Positions 47,336 through 58,218 of a DNA stretch of 64,000 nt are shown one piece after another; position 1 is the stretch's first letter, and the number at the start of each line of letters is the position of its first letter. A program made the translations under genes and the position numbers. The notes beneath the pieces are model-generated. The model worked only from the letters and a program-made list of their open reading frames with translations, was not told where the DNA came from and did no database searches. The stretch comes from an uncultured Chloroflexia bacterium (GTDB lineage Bacteria; Chloroflexota; Limnocylindria; Limnocylindrales; CSP1-4). The DNA is taken from positions 272,298 through 336,297 of the forward strand of contig CAVWPX010000008.1 in assembly GCA_963757055.1 (NCBI GenBank), written 5' to 3'.

Positions 47336-47821
47336 ATGAAGATCGGCCTCGGCTCGGACGAACCCGGTCAGGTCCTGCGGACCGCGATCGAGGATCACCT
47401 CGCACGCGAGTTCGAGCGCGCGAACACCGTGGTCGACATCGCCTGCTCGACGGACGGGACGACGTTCGGGCCCGAGCTGGCGGAGGCGATGGGCCTGGCC
47501 ATCCTCAACGGGTCGATCCATTGCGGCATCCTGGTGTGCTGGTCGGGGGTGGGGCTCGCTATCGCGGCGAACAAGGTCCCCGGCATCCGTGCAGTGTTGT
47601 GCTCTGACATCGATACCGCGGTTCATTCGAGAAAGAGCGGCGACACACAGGTGTTGGTCCTTGGCCGCAACTCGGTGAGCGCACCGCTCGCGCTCGAAAT
47701 CGTCGACGCCTGGCTCGCGACCCCTTTCGAGCCGAATGACCGCCGCCGTGCCAGGCTCGAGCTCCTCAATGGGCTCGAGCGTCGGTACATGCAGCAGGCG
47801 CATAAGGAGCGAGACAGTTGA
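47336..47821 (+). CDS. RpiB/LacA/LacB-family sugar-phosphate isomerase
   Basis: GGGGGAAGGA precedes ATG 47336. Translation: MKIGLGSDEPG..GILVCWSGVGLAIAANKVPGIRA..HSRKSGDTQVLVLG. Confidence 0.85.
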   Translation: MKIGLGSDEPGQVLRTAIEDHLAREFERANTVVDIACSTDGTTFGPELAEAMGLAILNGSIHCGILVCWSGVGLAIAANKVPGIRAVLCSDIDTAVHSRKSGDTQVLVLGRNSVSAPLALEIVDAWLATPFEPNDRRRARLELLNGLERRYMQQAHKERDS

Positions 47822-47926
47822 CCGACCAGCACGACGACCACACGCGTCGGACCAGGCCCGCAGGAGGGCCTGCAGCCGACGACTTCCCGACGGCCCGGGC
47901 CGTCGGCGTCCGGTAAGGACAGCAGC

Positions 47927-48931
47927 ATGCAGCGAATCATCGACGACCCGATGCTGGTCGTTGAGGGGATGCTCAAAGGCGTGGTGGCGGCCAGGCCGGA
48001 CCTGCTTGCCCCCACGGCCAACGTGCGCGTGCTGAAGGCGCCCTGGGCGCCGATCGAGGGAAAGGTCGGCATCGTCACGGGCGGTGGCTCCGGCCACGAG
48101 CCGTCGTCGCTGGGCTACATCGGGCGGAACATGGTCGACGCCGTGGCGGTCGGCGAGGTGTTCACGTCGCCAGCCGCCCAGGCGTTCGCGGACGCCTTCC
48201 GGGCGGCCGACGGGGGAGCCGGCGTCGCCTGCCTCTTCGGCAACTACGCCGGCGACAAGATGAATGTGACGCTCGCCCGCCGGATGGTCCAGCGCGAGGG
48301 CATCCGCGTCGAGACGGTGATCGCGAACGACGACGCCGCGTCGTCGCCACGCGACGAAGCCGACAAGCGACGGGGCCTGGCCGGCGAGATCCTGATGTGG
48401 AAGGTCGGCGGGGCCACGGCGGCACAGGGCGGCGACCTCGATACCGTCATCGCCGCCGCCCAGAAGGCCAACGACTGGACGCGCAGCATCGGGGTGGGGC
48501 TAGCGCCGTGCACCATCCCCGCGGTCGGGCATCCCAACTTCGAGATCCGGCCAGGCACGATGGAGCTCGGCATCGGGCATCACGGCGAGCCGGGAGTTCA
48601 AGTCACGGACCTGCGTCCGGCACGGGACATCGCCCGGCTGATGCTCGACATCGTGCTCCCGGACCTGCCCTTCGTCGCCAACGACGAGGTGGTGGTGCTC
48701 GTCTCCGGCTTGGGTGCGACGCCCCTGATGGAGCTCAACATCCTGTACGGCCACATCGCGGAGATGCTGGCCGACGCGAAGCTCAATGTCTGGCGTGCCT
48801 ACGTCGGGAACTACTTCACGTCGCTCGACATGATGGGCGTGACGGTCACCGCGATGCGCCTCGACGAGGAGCTCAAGGCATGCCTCGCGATGCCGACCGT
48901 GAGCATCGCCCTGACGCAGGTCGCGGGTTGA
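47927..48931 (+). CDS. dhaK: dihydroxyacetone-kinase-family DhaK subunit
   Basis: GIVTGGGSGHEPSSLGYIG..VFTSPAA..LFGNYAGDKMN..GIGHHGEPG. Confidence 0.88.
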   Translation: MQRIIDDPMLVVEGMLKGVVAARPDLLAPTANVRVLKAPWAPIEGKVGIVTGGGSGHEPSSLGYIGRNMVDAVAVGEVFTSPAAQAFADAFRAADGGAGVACLFGNYAGDKMNVTLARRMVQREGIRVETVIANDDAASSPRDEADKRRGLAGEILMWKVGGATAAQGGDLDTVIAAAQKANDWTRSIGVGLAPCTIPAVGHPNFEIRPGTMELGIGHHGEPGVQVTDLRPARDIARLMLDIVLPDLPFVANDEVVVLVSGLGATPLMELNILYGHIAEMLADAKLNVWRAYVGNYFTSLDMMGVTVTAMRLDEELKACLAMPTVSIALTQVAG

Positions 48932-49575
48932 GCGAGGGCCGCGTTCCGATCGAGGGCGGGCGGGCCGTGGTCGCGGCGCTCGCGGCGGCCATCCACGAGC
49001 ACGCGGCCGAGCTGAGCGCGATCGACGGCGCCATCGGCGACGGGGACCACGGGGTCAACCTGGACAAGGGGTTCGCGAAAGCCCTCGACCGCATCGGCGA
49101 GGAACCGGTACCCGTCGCACGCGGGCTGCGGACGATCGGGGAGACGCTCCTCGATGACATCGGGGGATCCACCGGGCCGCTCTACGGGATGTTCTTCATG
49201 GACATGGCCGACGCGTGCGCTGCGGCGACCGCGATCGACGCCGGGACCTTCGCGGCGATGCTCGATCGCGGGACGGCCGCTGTGCTGGACATCGGCGGGG
49301 CCTCGGTCGGCGACAAGACGCTCGTGGACGTGCTGGTGCCCGCGCGCGATGCCTTCTCCGCTTCGGTGAAGCGCGGAGACCCGTTCCGGCAGGCGCTCGG
49401 GCAGATGGTCGAGGCTGCCGAGCAAGGCAAGGAGTCGACACGCGACATGGTGGCGCGTATCGGCCGGGCGAGCCGGCTCGGTCCGAGGTCCCGCGGCGTG
49501 CTCGACCCGGGGGCGACGTCATGTGCCCTGATCCTGACGGTCCTCGCTATGTCCTTCATGCAGGTCATGGAGTGA
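48928..49575 (+). CDS. dhaL: dihydroxyacetone-kinase-family DhaL (ADP-binding) subunit
   Basis: TTG 48928 overlaps the dhaK stop (TTGA). Motifs: AIDGAIGDGDHGVNLDKGF..GGSTGPLYG..VGDKTLVDVL..RASRLG. Confidence 0.85.
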   Translation: MSEGRVPIEGGRAVVAALAAAIHEHAAELSAIDGAIGDGDHGVNLDKGFAKALDRIGEEPVPVARGLRTIGETLLDDIGGSTGPLYGMFFMDMADACAAATAIDAGTFAAMLDRGTAAVLDIGGASVGDKTLVDVLVPARDAFSASVKRGDPFRQALGQMVEAAEQGKESTRDMVARIGRASRLGPRSRGVLDPGATSCALILTVLAMSFMQVME

Positions 49576-49611
49576 CCGGTTCCTACGATGGGTCCGATGG
49601 AGGGTCGCGTG

Positions 49612-50743
49612 ATGGCTGACAAGGTCCGTGTCGCAATCGTCGGGCTGGGGTTCGGCGCCGAGTTCATCCCGATCTACCAGGCGCACCCCAACGCGGAGCT
49701 CGTCGCCGTCTCGCAACGCTCGTCCGGACCGCTAAAGGAGTTGGCCGAGGCCTTCGGAATCGAGCGCCGCTACACCCGGTTCGAGGATCTCCTCGCGGAT
49801 CCGGAGGTCGACGCGGTCCACATCAACACACCCATCGCGTTTCACGCGGAGCAGTCGATCGCGGCCCTCGAGGCCGGCAAGCATGTCGCGTGCACCGTGC
49901 CGATGGCGGTGTCGGTCGAGGACTGCCGTCGGGTGATCGCCGCCCAGGTCGCGTCGGGCAGGAACTACATGATGATGGAGACGGCGGTCTACACCCGCGA
50001 GTTCCTGTACGCCAGGGACCTCGTCGAGAGCGGTGCCCTCGGGCGCATCCAGTTCCTCCGCGGCGCGCACATCCAGGAGATGGCCGCGTGGCCGGACTAC
50101 TGGCGGAAGCTGCCCGCCGATGCACTACGCGACCCACGCCGTCGCGCCGCTGCTGGCCCTGGCCGGCCGCGAAGCCGCGTCGGTCCGCTGCCTCGGGTCC
50201 GGACACGTCGACCACGAGGTCGAGCCGGGGCTGCCGTCGCCCGCGGTCGAGACGGCGTTGTTCCGGCTCAAGGATTCGGACCTCGCGATGGAGGTCTCCA
50301 GATCCCTGTACCAGGTCGCGCGCGGCTACGTCGAGAGCTTCAACGTCTACGGGACGCTCATGAGCTACGAGTGGCAACAGCTCGAGGACGAGGATCCTGT
50401 GGTCTACACGGGCGAGCACGGCGTGCGGGCGCAGATCCCGGATCGCGCCGATCTCCTGCCAGCTGAGATCGGTCATTTCACCACACATGGCGTGTACGAC
50501 GCGACCTCGAACCAGCATCTCTCGTTCACCCAAGGCAGCGGGCACGGCGGATCCCATCCGCACCTGGCCCACGAGTTCATCGCGAGCATCGTCGAGGGCC
50601 GTCGGCCCTTCCCCGACGCCTTCGCCGCGGCCAACTGGACGAGCGCGGGACTGTGCGCCCACCAGTCGGCCATGACCGGTGTCGAGGTTCGGCTGCCCGA
50701 CTTCAGCGACATCCGCATCCGAGGAGCAAACCGTGGTCACTGA
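49612..50743 (+). pseudogene. Gfo/Idh/MocA-family oxidoreductase; one frame interruption
   Basis: MADKVRVAIVGLGFGAEFIPIY..DAVHINTPIAFHAEQSIAALEAGKHVACTVPMA..PDYWRKLP. It then continues (about 50113) one base on as PMHYATHAVAPLLAL..GSGHGGSHPHLAHEF. Confidence 0.78.
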
Positions 50744-51597
50744 CGTGTCGCGCGACCTGTCGATCCAGGCCCGCGCCGAGGGCGTCGCCGTCTTTGCTGC
50801 CGGCGTCCCGGAACCGATCGTCACCCAGAACGCACCGGCCGAATCGGCGGCCGTTCATTCACCCGATCCTCGCTCCGGGTGGAAGCGGCACGGTGACCGA
50901 AAATTCCCCGGGCCACCACCCCTGGCAGCACGGGCTGTACACGGGGATGCACCACGTCAACGGGTTCGGGTTCTGGCTCGAGGGCCTGAAACCGGAACAC
51001 GCCGAGGTGGACGGCACCTTCCATCCGCGGATCGTCGGCACGCCCGAAGCCCGCGGGCACCGGGCGTCCTGGGAAGTCCGCACCGAGTTCCGAGACCCCG
51101 CCGGCGACGTGGTCGTGCAAGAGACGCAGCGCTGGGAGCTGGCGAACCTCGGCGACGCGTACGTGCTGGACCTGCGCTGGATCCTGGCCGCCGACAATGG
51201 CCCTGTTCATTTCGGCAGGCACGACTACGGCGGCCTATTCCTGCGCATGCCGTACCGCGGCGAGTCGGGTGGGTCCGTCCTCAACAGTGCAGGGCAGCGG
51301 AACGCAGAGGCCGAGGGGCAGCGCGCCACCTGGATCGCCGTGCAGATGCCGATCGCGGGGAATCGCGACGACGCCGTCGTGGTTGTCATGGACCACCCAT
51401 CGAACCTGGAGCACCCGGTTCCGTGGCGTGTGGACGAGGAGCTGGGCGTGGCGCCGAGCGTGTGCATCGCGGGGCCATGGCAGATCGAGGCGGGCGCGGA
51501 GCGTCAGCTTCGACACCGCGTGGCCGTCTTCGGATCCCCAATTCCGCGGTCAAGGGTCGACGCGCTCTGGACCGACTTCAGCGAGGGGGCGGAGTGA
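50733..51597 (+). pseudogene. PmoA-family (DUF6807-like) protein; one frame interruption
   Basis: GTG 50733 follows GAGGAG. VVTDVSRDLSIQARAEGVAVFAAG..TQNAPA, then (about 50845) RPFIHPILAPGGSGTVTENSPGHHPWQHGLYTGMHHVNGFGFW..HDYGGLFLRMP. Confidence 0.65.
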
Positions 51598-51598
51598 C

Positions 51599-52621
51599 AT
51601 GCGAACCGCGGTTGTCGCCAGCGCCGACTTCGAGTGGCACTGGCCGTTCGCGGTCGATCGCGTCGTCGCCATGCTCCGGTCGCTGGCCGAGGTCGACCTC
51701 ATTCGGCTGGAGTCCGGCCTTGACAAGCCCCTCGCCTCGGCGGTCGCGGACCCGGGACGGGTCGAGCGCCTGCTCATATTCGGCGTGCCGATCGAGGAAG
51801 CGGAGCTCGATGCCTTCACCGCGCTTCAGGAGGCCTTCATCGGCGAGGCGTACGAGTCGCCCGGCGAGTGGGACGCGCCGCTTGCCGCCCGTGGCATCCG
51901 GCGCCTCAAGCAACCTTCGGAAGGCTTCTGGGGACAGTCGGTGTCGGAGTTTGCGCTGGGCTTGACCCTGGCCGGCCTGCGCCGGATCCCGCAGGCCCAC
52001 AGCGCGATCCAGACAAGCCAGGATGAGTGGGTTCGTCGCTTCGAGCAGTTCAGCGACGACCCGCGGTTCACCAACGGCACGGTCGAGGGTAAGCGGGTCC
52101 GCGTCGTTGGCGCGGGCAACATCGCCAGCCGGTACGCGAGCTTCGCGCACTTCCTCGGCGCGGACGTAGCCGCCTGGGATCCGTTCGCGCTCGAGCCGGC
52201 GTTCCATCGCGCCGGTGCCCGGCGCGAGTGGCACCTCGCGAAGCTGGTCGCCGACGCGGAGATCTTCGCTCCCCTGGTGCCCCTCACGCCGACGACGGAG
52301 GGCCTCGTGACGGCCGAGCACATCCGGGCCTTGCCGGCCGGGTGCCTTGTCGTGCTCGCGACCCGCGCGCGCATTGTGGACACCAACGAGCTGCGCCGGC
52401 GCGTGCTGGCCGACGAGCTCAGCCTGGCGGCCGACGTGTTCGACGTCGAGCCGCTCGCCCTCGACGACCCGCTGCTGGGTCGCCACAACGTGGTCCACAC
52501 GCCGCACATCGCTGGTCGGACGATGGACTCGAACCTTCGGTGGGCGGAGATGCTCGTCGAACAACTCGACGAGTACGACCCGCGACGCGTGCCTCCTTCG
52601 CCGGGGGCGCGCCAGGCCTGA
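51599..52621 (+). CDS. D-isomer-specific 2-hydroxyacid dehydrogenase-family protein
   Basis: VRVVGAGNIASRYA (NAD-binding site)..LVPLTPTTEGL..DVFDVEPL..VVHTPHIAGRT. Confidence 0.8.
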   Translation: MRTAVVASADFEWHWPFAVDRVVAMLRSLAEVDLIRLESGLDKPLASAVADPGRVERLLIFGVPIEEAELDAFTALQEAFIGEAYESPGEWDAPLAARGIRRLKQPSEGFWGQSVSEFALGLTLAGLRRIPQAHSAIQTSQDEWVRRFEQFSDDPRFTNGTVEGKRVRVVGAGNIASRYASFAHFLGADVAAWDPFALEPAFHRAGARREWHLAKLVADAEIFAPLVPLTPTTEGLVTAEHIRALPAGCLVVLATRARIVDTNELRRRVLADELSLAADVFDVEPLALDDPLLGRHNVVHTPHIAGRTMDSNLRWAEMLVEQLDEYDPRRVPPSPGARQA

Positions 52622-52633
52622 AGGAACTCCTCC

Positions 52634-53506
52634 TCAGCCGCGTAGCCCGCTGAGCTTGACGCCCTCGACCATGCGGCGCTGCAGGAAGAGGTAGACCAGC
52701 AGGACCGGGATCAACGCGATCACGGAGGCCGCCATGATCAGGTTCCACTGCGTGCGGTGTGCGCCCGTGAACTGCTGCACGCCGACCTGCACGAGCCACA
52801 TGTCACGCGTCCGGGAGACGATGAGCGGCCACAGGAACAGGTTCCAGTTGGCGAGAAAGTAGAGCGCGCCCAGCGCCACGAAGATCGGTGCCGAAAGCGG
52901 TACCGCCACCTTGCGGAAGACCTGCACGTGGCTCGCGCCGTCGACGACGGCGGCCTCCTCGAGTTCCTTCGGCAGCGAGAGGTAGAACTGGCGGAACAGG
53001 AAAATCCCGTAGGCGTTCGGCAGGAGCGGGACGATCAGGCCGGCGTAGGAGTTCAGCCAGCCGAGCTCCCGCACGATGATTGCGAGCGGCACGATGAGCA
53101 CCGTGAACGGCACCATCATCGTGGCGAGGATCGCGACGAACAGGGCGTTGCGTCCGGGGTAGCGCAGGCGTGCCAGCGAGTACCCGGCCATCGAGTGCAG
53201 CACGAGCGAGCCGATCGTCACGGCGGTGGCGACGATGAGCGAGTTGACCATGTAGCGCAGGAACGGGACCTGCTCGAAGACCGCTCGATAGTTGCCCCAC
53301 TGGGGATCGGCGGGGAGGAGTCGGGGCGGGTATGCCAGGACCTCGTCGGGCGCCATCAGCGACGTCGAGACCATCATCAGCAGCGGGCCTGCCATGAGGC
53401 CGAGGCCGGAGATCGCCACGACGTACAGCAGCACGCGGGAGGCACGGGGTCCGCGGCGCCGGGAGGCGCGGGCCGATGTCGTCGACGTGGTCCGGGTGCT
53501 GGCCAT
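52634..53506 (-). CDS. carbohydrate ABC transporter permease
   Basis: EAA loop: LEEAAVVDGASHVQVFRKVAVPL. Six TM helices. Confidence 0.88.
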   Translation of the reverse strand: MASTRTTSTTSARASRRRGPRASRVLLYVVAISGLGLMAGPLLMMVSTSLMAPDEVLAYPPRLLPADPQWGNYRAVFEQVPFLRYMVNSLIVATAVTIGSLVLHSMAGYSLARLRYPGRNALFVAILATMMVPFTVLIVPLAIIVRELGWLNSYAGLIVPLLPNAYGIFLFRQFYLSLPKELEEAAVVDGASHVQVFRKVAVPLSAPIFVALGALYFLANWNLFLWPLIVSRTRDMWLVQVGVQQFTGAHRTQWNLIMAASVIALIPVLLVYLFLQRRMVEGVKLSGLRG

Positions 53507-53516
53507 GGATCCCTCC

Positions 53517-54410
53517 TCAGTCGGGCGAGTGTTGGCGAAGCAGGCGGAGCAGCAGCAGCGCGATCACGAAGATGATGGTGAAAAGCACGACCGACATCGC
53601 GCACGCATAGCCGACGTTCAGGTACTCGAAGGCGGTCTGGTAGATGTAGTACACGGTGGTTGTGGTGGCCCTCGCCGGACCGCCGTGGGTCATGACGTAC
53701 ACGATGTCGAAGACTTGCAGCCCGCTGATCACGGCGGTGATGACCACGAACGCCGTGGTCGGTCGCAGCAGCGGCATGGTGAGGTGGCGGAACTTCGTCC
53801 AGGCCCCGGCGCCATCGACCCCGGCGGCCTCGTAGTACTCGCGGGGGATGTCTTGTAGCCCGGCGAGCTGGATGATCATCGTGAAGCTGGCGGCCTGCCA
53901 GACCGCCACCACGGCGACCGCGATCAGCGCGCTGTCGGGGTCGCCCAGCCAGCGCACGGGGTCCAGCCCGAGCGTGGTCGCCCAGGCGTTGAGCAGCCCG
54001 CCGCGCTCATCGAAGACGAACGTCCAGACGATGGCGGCCACGGCCGGGGAGACGAGCGCCGCGAGGAAGTAGGCCGAGCGGAAGAACCCGTTGGCCCGCA
54101 TCCGCTGGTTGACGATGATCGCGAGCCCCAGCGACAGGACGTATAGACCGATGACGTACACGATGGTGAACGTCGCCGTCGTGACCAGCGACCGGAGGAA
54201 GTTGGAGTCCGTCAGCAGGGCCTGGTAGTTCTCCAGCCCGGCGAACGAGGGGTCGGACAGGCCGGTCCAGCGGTAGAAGCTCAGCACGACGGCGGCGATG
54301 GACGGCACCACCAAGAACAGCAGGAGCCCGAAGACGTCCGGAAGGACCAGGCCATAGCCGACGGCCCGTTCCTGGCTGCGCCACGAACGGGCCGTCGAAC
54401 GTTCCTTCAT
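53517..54410 (-). CDS. carbohydrate ABC transporter permease
   Basis: EYYEAAGVDGAGAWTKFRHLTMPLL. Six TM helices. Confidence 0.88.
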   Translation of the reverse strand: MKERSTARSWRSQERAVGYGLVLPDVFGLLLFLVVPSIAAVVLSFYRWTGLSDPSFAGLENYQALLTDSNFLRSLVTTATFTIVYVIGLYVLSLGLAIIVNQRMRANGFFRSAYFLAALVSPAVAAIVWTFVFDERGGLLNAWATTLGLDPVRWLGDPDSALIAVAVVAVWQAASFTMIIQLAGLQDIPREYYEAAGVDGAGAWTKFRHLTMPLLRPTTAFVVITAVISGLQVFDIVYVMTHGGPARATTTTVYYIYQTAFEYLNVGYACAMSVVLFTIIFVIALLLLRLLRQHSPD

Positions 54411-54470
54411 TCCAACAATCGTAGCGGGGGCTGACGGAGGAGCGGCGAGCCAGGGTCCTCCGTCGATGGG

Positions 54471-55877
54471 TCAGTGCGCTCCCTTGTAGGTCCCCAGGAA
54501 CTGGTCGATCTTGTCGGCCGCTTCCGCACCCGCCTCGTGGCCCGTCTTGCCGCCGAACATCGTCGCTTGGATGGCGTCCGAGACCGGCTGCACGATCTGG
54601 TTCGGATAGCGGGGCTCGGCCCGGCCGAGAGGGAGGACCTTGTCCACGATGTACTGGAGATGTGGGTCGGCCCACAGACCCTGCCCGGCGCACTGGTCGG
54701 CGATGCTGAGACGAGGTGGTAGCTCCGTCCGCCAGCCGCAGGCCCAGCCCTTCGCGAACCAGTCGTTCTGGATCCAGAGCCAGGCCGCGAACTTCTTGGC
54801 TGCATCGAGGTGGGCCGACTTCGCGTTGACCATCTGCCTCGAGCCACCGACGACCGACACCGACTGCTGGCCGTCCGGATGCGGCAGCGGCACGACGCCG
54901 TAATCGACCTTCGGGAAATCTGTTGCCATCTGGCCGACCGCCCACGAGCCGAGCACCTGGAAGGCGGTCTCCTCACGACCAAAGGTCGCGGCGTCGAAGG
55001 TTCCCGTTGCGAGCTGGCTGGGCGAGAGCCCGTCCTTGATGAAGTTGCCCCAGAGATCGAGGGAATTCGCGGCCTCGTCCGACCGCATCAGAGACTTCGT
55101 CCAGTCCGCGTCCACCACTTCGCCCTTGGCGCTCCAGAGGAACGGGTACCAGGTGAAGTTCTGGTAGGCGCCGGGCGCTGGCTCGAAGATGAAGCCACTG
55201 CGCTTGTCGGTCTTTGTGGCGCGTGCCGCGGCGACCAACTCGTCCCACGTCGTCGGCGGCTGGAGGCCGGCGTCGCTCAGGATCTTTTTGTTATAGAAGA
55301 GCGCGACCGGCTCCGCCTCGTACGGGATGGCGTAAATATGCCCGTTGACCGTGGCTGCCTCGATGGTGAATGGCCGGAAGTCGCTCAGGAACGGGGCTAG
55401 GACGTCGTCCAGCGGCGCGGCGAGGCCGTTGTTGATGTAGTCCATGAAGCTCGCTGGGCTCATGGAGTACAGGTCAGGCCCCGCGCCCGAGGCGAACGCT
55501 GTCGTCAGCCCCGATCCGTAGTACTCGTCGTACGGCATCGGCTCGTACGAGACCTGGATGTCGGGATTGGCCGCGTTCCACTCGGCGACCGCCTTCGTGA
55601 ACTGGGGGTCGTTCTTGTCCTCGAAGTAGGTGGCCATCTTGATGTGGACCACCTCCCCGCTGGTGCTCGGGGAAGCTGCCGGCGAGGCATCGGCGGAAGG
55701 CGTGCCCCCTCCGCCGGCGGAGGAGGGGCCGGCGGAGGGGTTGCCATTCGACGAACCCGCGGGAGCCGCCGATGTACACGCGGCCAGCGTGACGGTCAGC
55801 GCCAAGCCCAGCAGCTGAGACAGGCGAACTCGTTGGGTCGGACGACCGTTCAACTGCCGCACCACGACTCTTGCCAT
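54471..55877 (-). CDS. ABC transporter sugar-binding lipoprotein (solute-binding family 1)
   Basis: AGGAGAAG precedes ATG 55877. Lipobox LTVTLAAC, then a Ser/Gly/Pro linker and a typical SBP body (WNAANPDIQVSYEPMPYDEYY..). Confidence 0.85.
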   Translation of the reverse strand: MARVVVRQLNGRPTQRVRLSQLLGLALTVTLAACTSAAPAGSSNGNPSAGPSSAGGGGTPSADASPAASPSTSGEVVHIKMATYFEDKNDPQFTKAVAEWNAANPDIQVSYEPMPYDEYYGSGLTTAFASGAGPDLYSMSPASFMDYINNGLAAPLDDVLAPFLSDFRPFTIEAATVNGHIYAIPYEAEPVALFYNKKILSDAGLQPPTTWDELVAAARATKTDKRSGFIFEPAPGAYQNFTWYPFLWSAKGEVVDADWTKSLMRSDEAANSLDLWGNFIKDGLSPSQLATGTFDAATFGREETAFQVLGSWAVGQMATDFPKVDYGVVPLPHPDGQQSVSVVGGSRQMVNAKSAHLDAAKKFAAWLWIQNDWFAKGWACGWRTELPPRLSIADQCAGQGLWADPHLQYIVDKVLPLGRAEPRYPNQIVQPVSDAIQATMFGGKTGHEAGAEAADKIDQFLGTYKGAH

Positions 55878-56204
55878 CGCGTCTTCTCCTGTGCGCATCG
55901 GGAAGCATGACCTGACGGGGACGCTGAGACCGTTGTCAGCCGGGTCTGGATCGGATCGACAACACGCGGTCCTAGGGTCGGTCCCTCCCGCGTTGCAGAA
56001 TTGTGCAAGGTGTGCACAGCCTTGTCAAGCGCGTGTGATCGCCGAAGCCCAAACGACGTGCTGTTGAGTGGGACATGTGAAGATGAAGGTCCCAGGCCGC
56101 GAGCGACTCGCGGCTACAGTAATGTGCACCGTCTGAACAATGCTGCGACCAAGTACCCGCGCAGCCGCCGTGTCGGCGACCAGTCTGGAAATGGAGCCAC
56201 TGCG

Positions 56205-57362
56205 ATGACGCCCCTGTTCCGGTCAGTCATCCACGAGGCGACTGAGCGGGTGCATGAGATGTATGGCAAAGCGATCGGTCGGCACCGGGCCGAGCTCGTG
56301 ACCCCAGCCCTCGTCCTCGACATCGAGGCCGCGCAACGCAACATCGACGGGATGGCCGCGCGGATCCGCGAGCTGCCGGCGGTCATCCGCCCGCACGTGA
56401 AGGCGCACAAGAGCCCGGAGCTCGCCCGGCGCCAGCTAGCGGCCGGCGCTCCGGGCCTGTGCACGGCGACGGTGTGGGAGGCGGCGGTCATGGGCGAGGC
56501 CGGCCTCGACGACCTGTTCGTCGTCAACACGGTCGCGGGGCGGGAGAAGATCGGCGCGCTCGCGGCCCTGGCCCGCGACTCCCGAATCCGCGTCGCCGTC
56601 GACGAGGCCGCCAACGCCGACGCGATCTCGGCGGCCGCGGTGCGAGCGGGATCCACGCTCGGGGTACTGATCGAGGTCGATACCGGCATGGACCGGGCCG
56701 GCGTCAACGACGCCGCCGCGGCGCTGTCGCTCGCCCGGCACGTCGTCAAGCTTCCGGGCCTCCGCCTCGACGGCCTGACGGGATACGAGGGGCACTGCGC
56801 TCGGACGCCCGACCCTGATTTGCGGCTGGCCAGCCAGCGGTCGGCCATGGAGCTGTTCACTGGCGTGGCCGATGTCCTCGCGGCCGCCGGCATCCCGGTG
56901 CCGGTCCTGTCGGCCGGCGGGACCGGGACCTGGGAGTGGACCGCCTCGAACCCGCGCATCACGGAGGTCCAGGCCGGCACCTACGTGGTCATGGACACCG
57001 TGCACGGCCGGATGTCACCCGGTTTCGAGCACTCGCTGACGGTGGCCACGACGGTCGTGAGCCGCACGCCCGGGAGGCTGGTCGTCGACGCCGGAAACAA
57101 GTCCGTGGCCGGTGGTGACCAGGCGATCGTGGTGGGCCATCCGGGCCTGGAGTCGCTCCGGTTCGACGAGGAGCACGGGATCTTCGCGGTGACCGAGCCG
57201 TGTCCACTCACGGTCGGCGACGTCGTGGCCCTGGTGCCCGGCAGCTCGCCCGGCACGGTCAACTGGTACGACGCGTATCACGTGGTCGATGACGACGTGG
57301 TCGTGGACGTCTGGCCCATCGTGCCGCGCGGTCCGGGTCATGCCGGTCTGCTGGCCGGGTGA
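56205..57362 (+). CDS. alanine-racemase-N-domain PLP enzyme (D-serine dehydratase DSD1 / D-threonine aldolase-like)
   Basis: TPALVLDIEAAQRNI..IRPHVKAHKSPELA (PLP Lys)..GLTGYEGH..VQAGTYVVMD. Confidence 0.75.
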   Translation: MTPLFRSVIHEATERVHEMYGKAIGRHRAELVTPALVLDIEAAQRNIDGMAARIRELPAVIRPHVKAHKSPELARRQLAAGAPGLCTATVWEAAVMGEAGLDDLFVVNTVAGREKIGALAALARDSRIRVAVDEAANADAISAAAVRAGSTLGVLIEVDTGMDRAGVNDAAAALSLARHVVKLPGLRLDGLTGYEGHCARTPDPDLRLASQRSAMELFTGVADVLAAAGIPVPVLSAGGTGTWEWTASNPRITEVQAGTYVVMDTVHGRMSPGFEHSLTVATTVVSRTPGRLVVDAGNKSVAGGDQAIVVGHPGLESLRFDEEHGIFAVTEPCPLTVGDVVALVPGSSPGTVNWYDAYHVVDDDVVVDVWPIVPRGPGHAGLLAG

Positions 57363-57459
57363 ACCCGTGGCGCCAAGCGTGACGGTCGGGATGCCCGGTC
57401 GGACCGGCTCGCCGTGGAAACCGATCGCCATCTTCTGACGCGCCGACCCCCCCGCCCTC

Positions 57460-58218
57460 CTAGTGCATGCCGCGGCCGCCGGCGACGATGAGCAGCTCGC
57501 CGGTCACGAAGGCCGCCTCGTCCGAGGCCAGGAACAGCACACTATCGGCGACCTCCCGGGGCGTTCCCCACCGCTTAAGCGCGGTCTCCTCGAGGATCCG
57601 CTGGTGCAGCGCCTCGTCGTCGTCGTTGTTCATCTCGGTCCCTCGGATCCACCCGGGACATACCGCGTTCACCGTGATGCTGGGGCCGAGCCGGAGCGCC
57701 AGCGCCTTCGTCAGGCCGTTGACGCCCGCCTTCGAGGCCACGTACTCCACCCAGCGCATGGCCGACGGGTGGTACAGGCCGGAGTTCGACGAAACCATGA
57801 CGATCCGGCCGTATCCTTGGCGCTCCATGATCGGAGCGACGGCCCGGGAGCACAGGTAAGGAGCCTTCAGGTTCACGGCCATCGTGCGGTCCCAGTCGGC
57901 CTCGGTGGTGTCGGCCAGGTCCCGGGCGATGTGCACGCCGGCGTTGTTCACCAAGATGTCGATACGCCCGAACCGGTCCACGGTCTCGTCGACCAGCCGC
58001 TGGACGTCGCCAACCAGGGACACGTCCCCCTTGATCGCTACCGCCTGGCCGCCGGCGCGCGCGATGGCTTCGACTGCGTCCGCGGCCTCGGCGTCTCTCG
58101 ACGCGTAGTTGACGACGAGAGTGGCGCCCTCCGCCGCGAACCGCTCGGCGATCGACCTGCCGATACCCCGCCCGGAACCGGTGACGATCGCGACCCGCCC
58201 ATCCAGCCGACCGCTCAT
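57460..58218 (-). CDS. short-chain dehydrogenase/reductase (SDR)
   Basis: AAGGAGGG precedes ATG 58218. Motifs: VAIVTGSGRGIGRSIA..NNAG..YVASKAG. Confidence 0.88.
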   Translation of the reverse strand: MSGRLDGRVAIVTGSGRGIGRSIAERFAAEGATLVVNYASRDAEAADAVEAIARAGGQAVAIKGDVSLVGDVQRLVDETVDRFGRIDILVNNAGVHIARDLADTTEADWDRTMAVNLKAPYLCSRAVAPIMERQGYGRIVMVSSNSGLYHPSAMRWVEYVASKAGVNGLTKALALRLGPSITVNAVCPGWIRGTEMNNDDDEALHQRILEETALKRWGTPREVADSVLFLASDEAAFVTGELLIVAGGRGMH

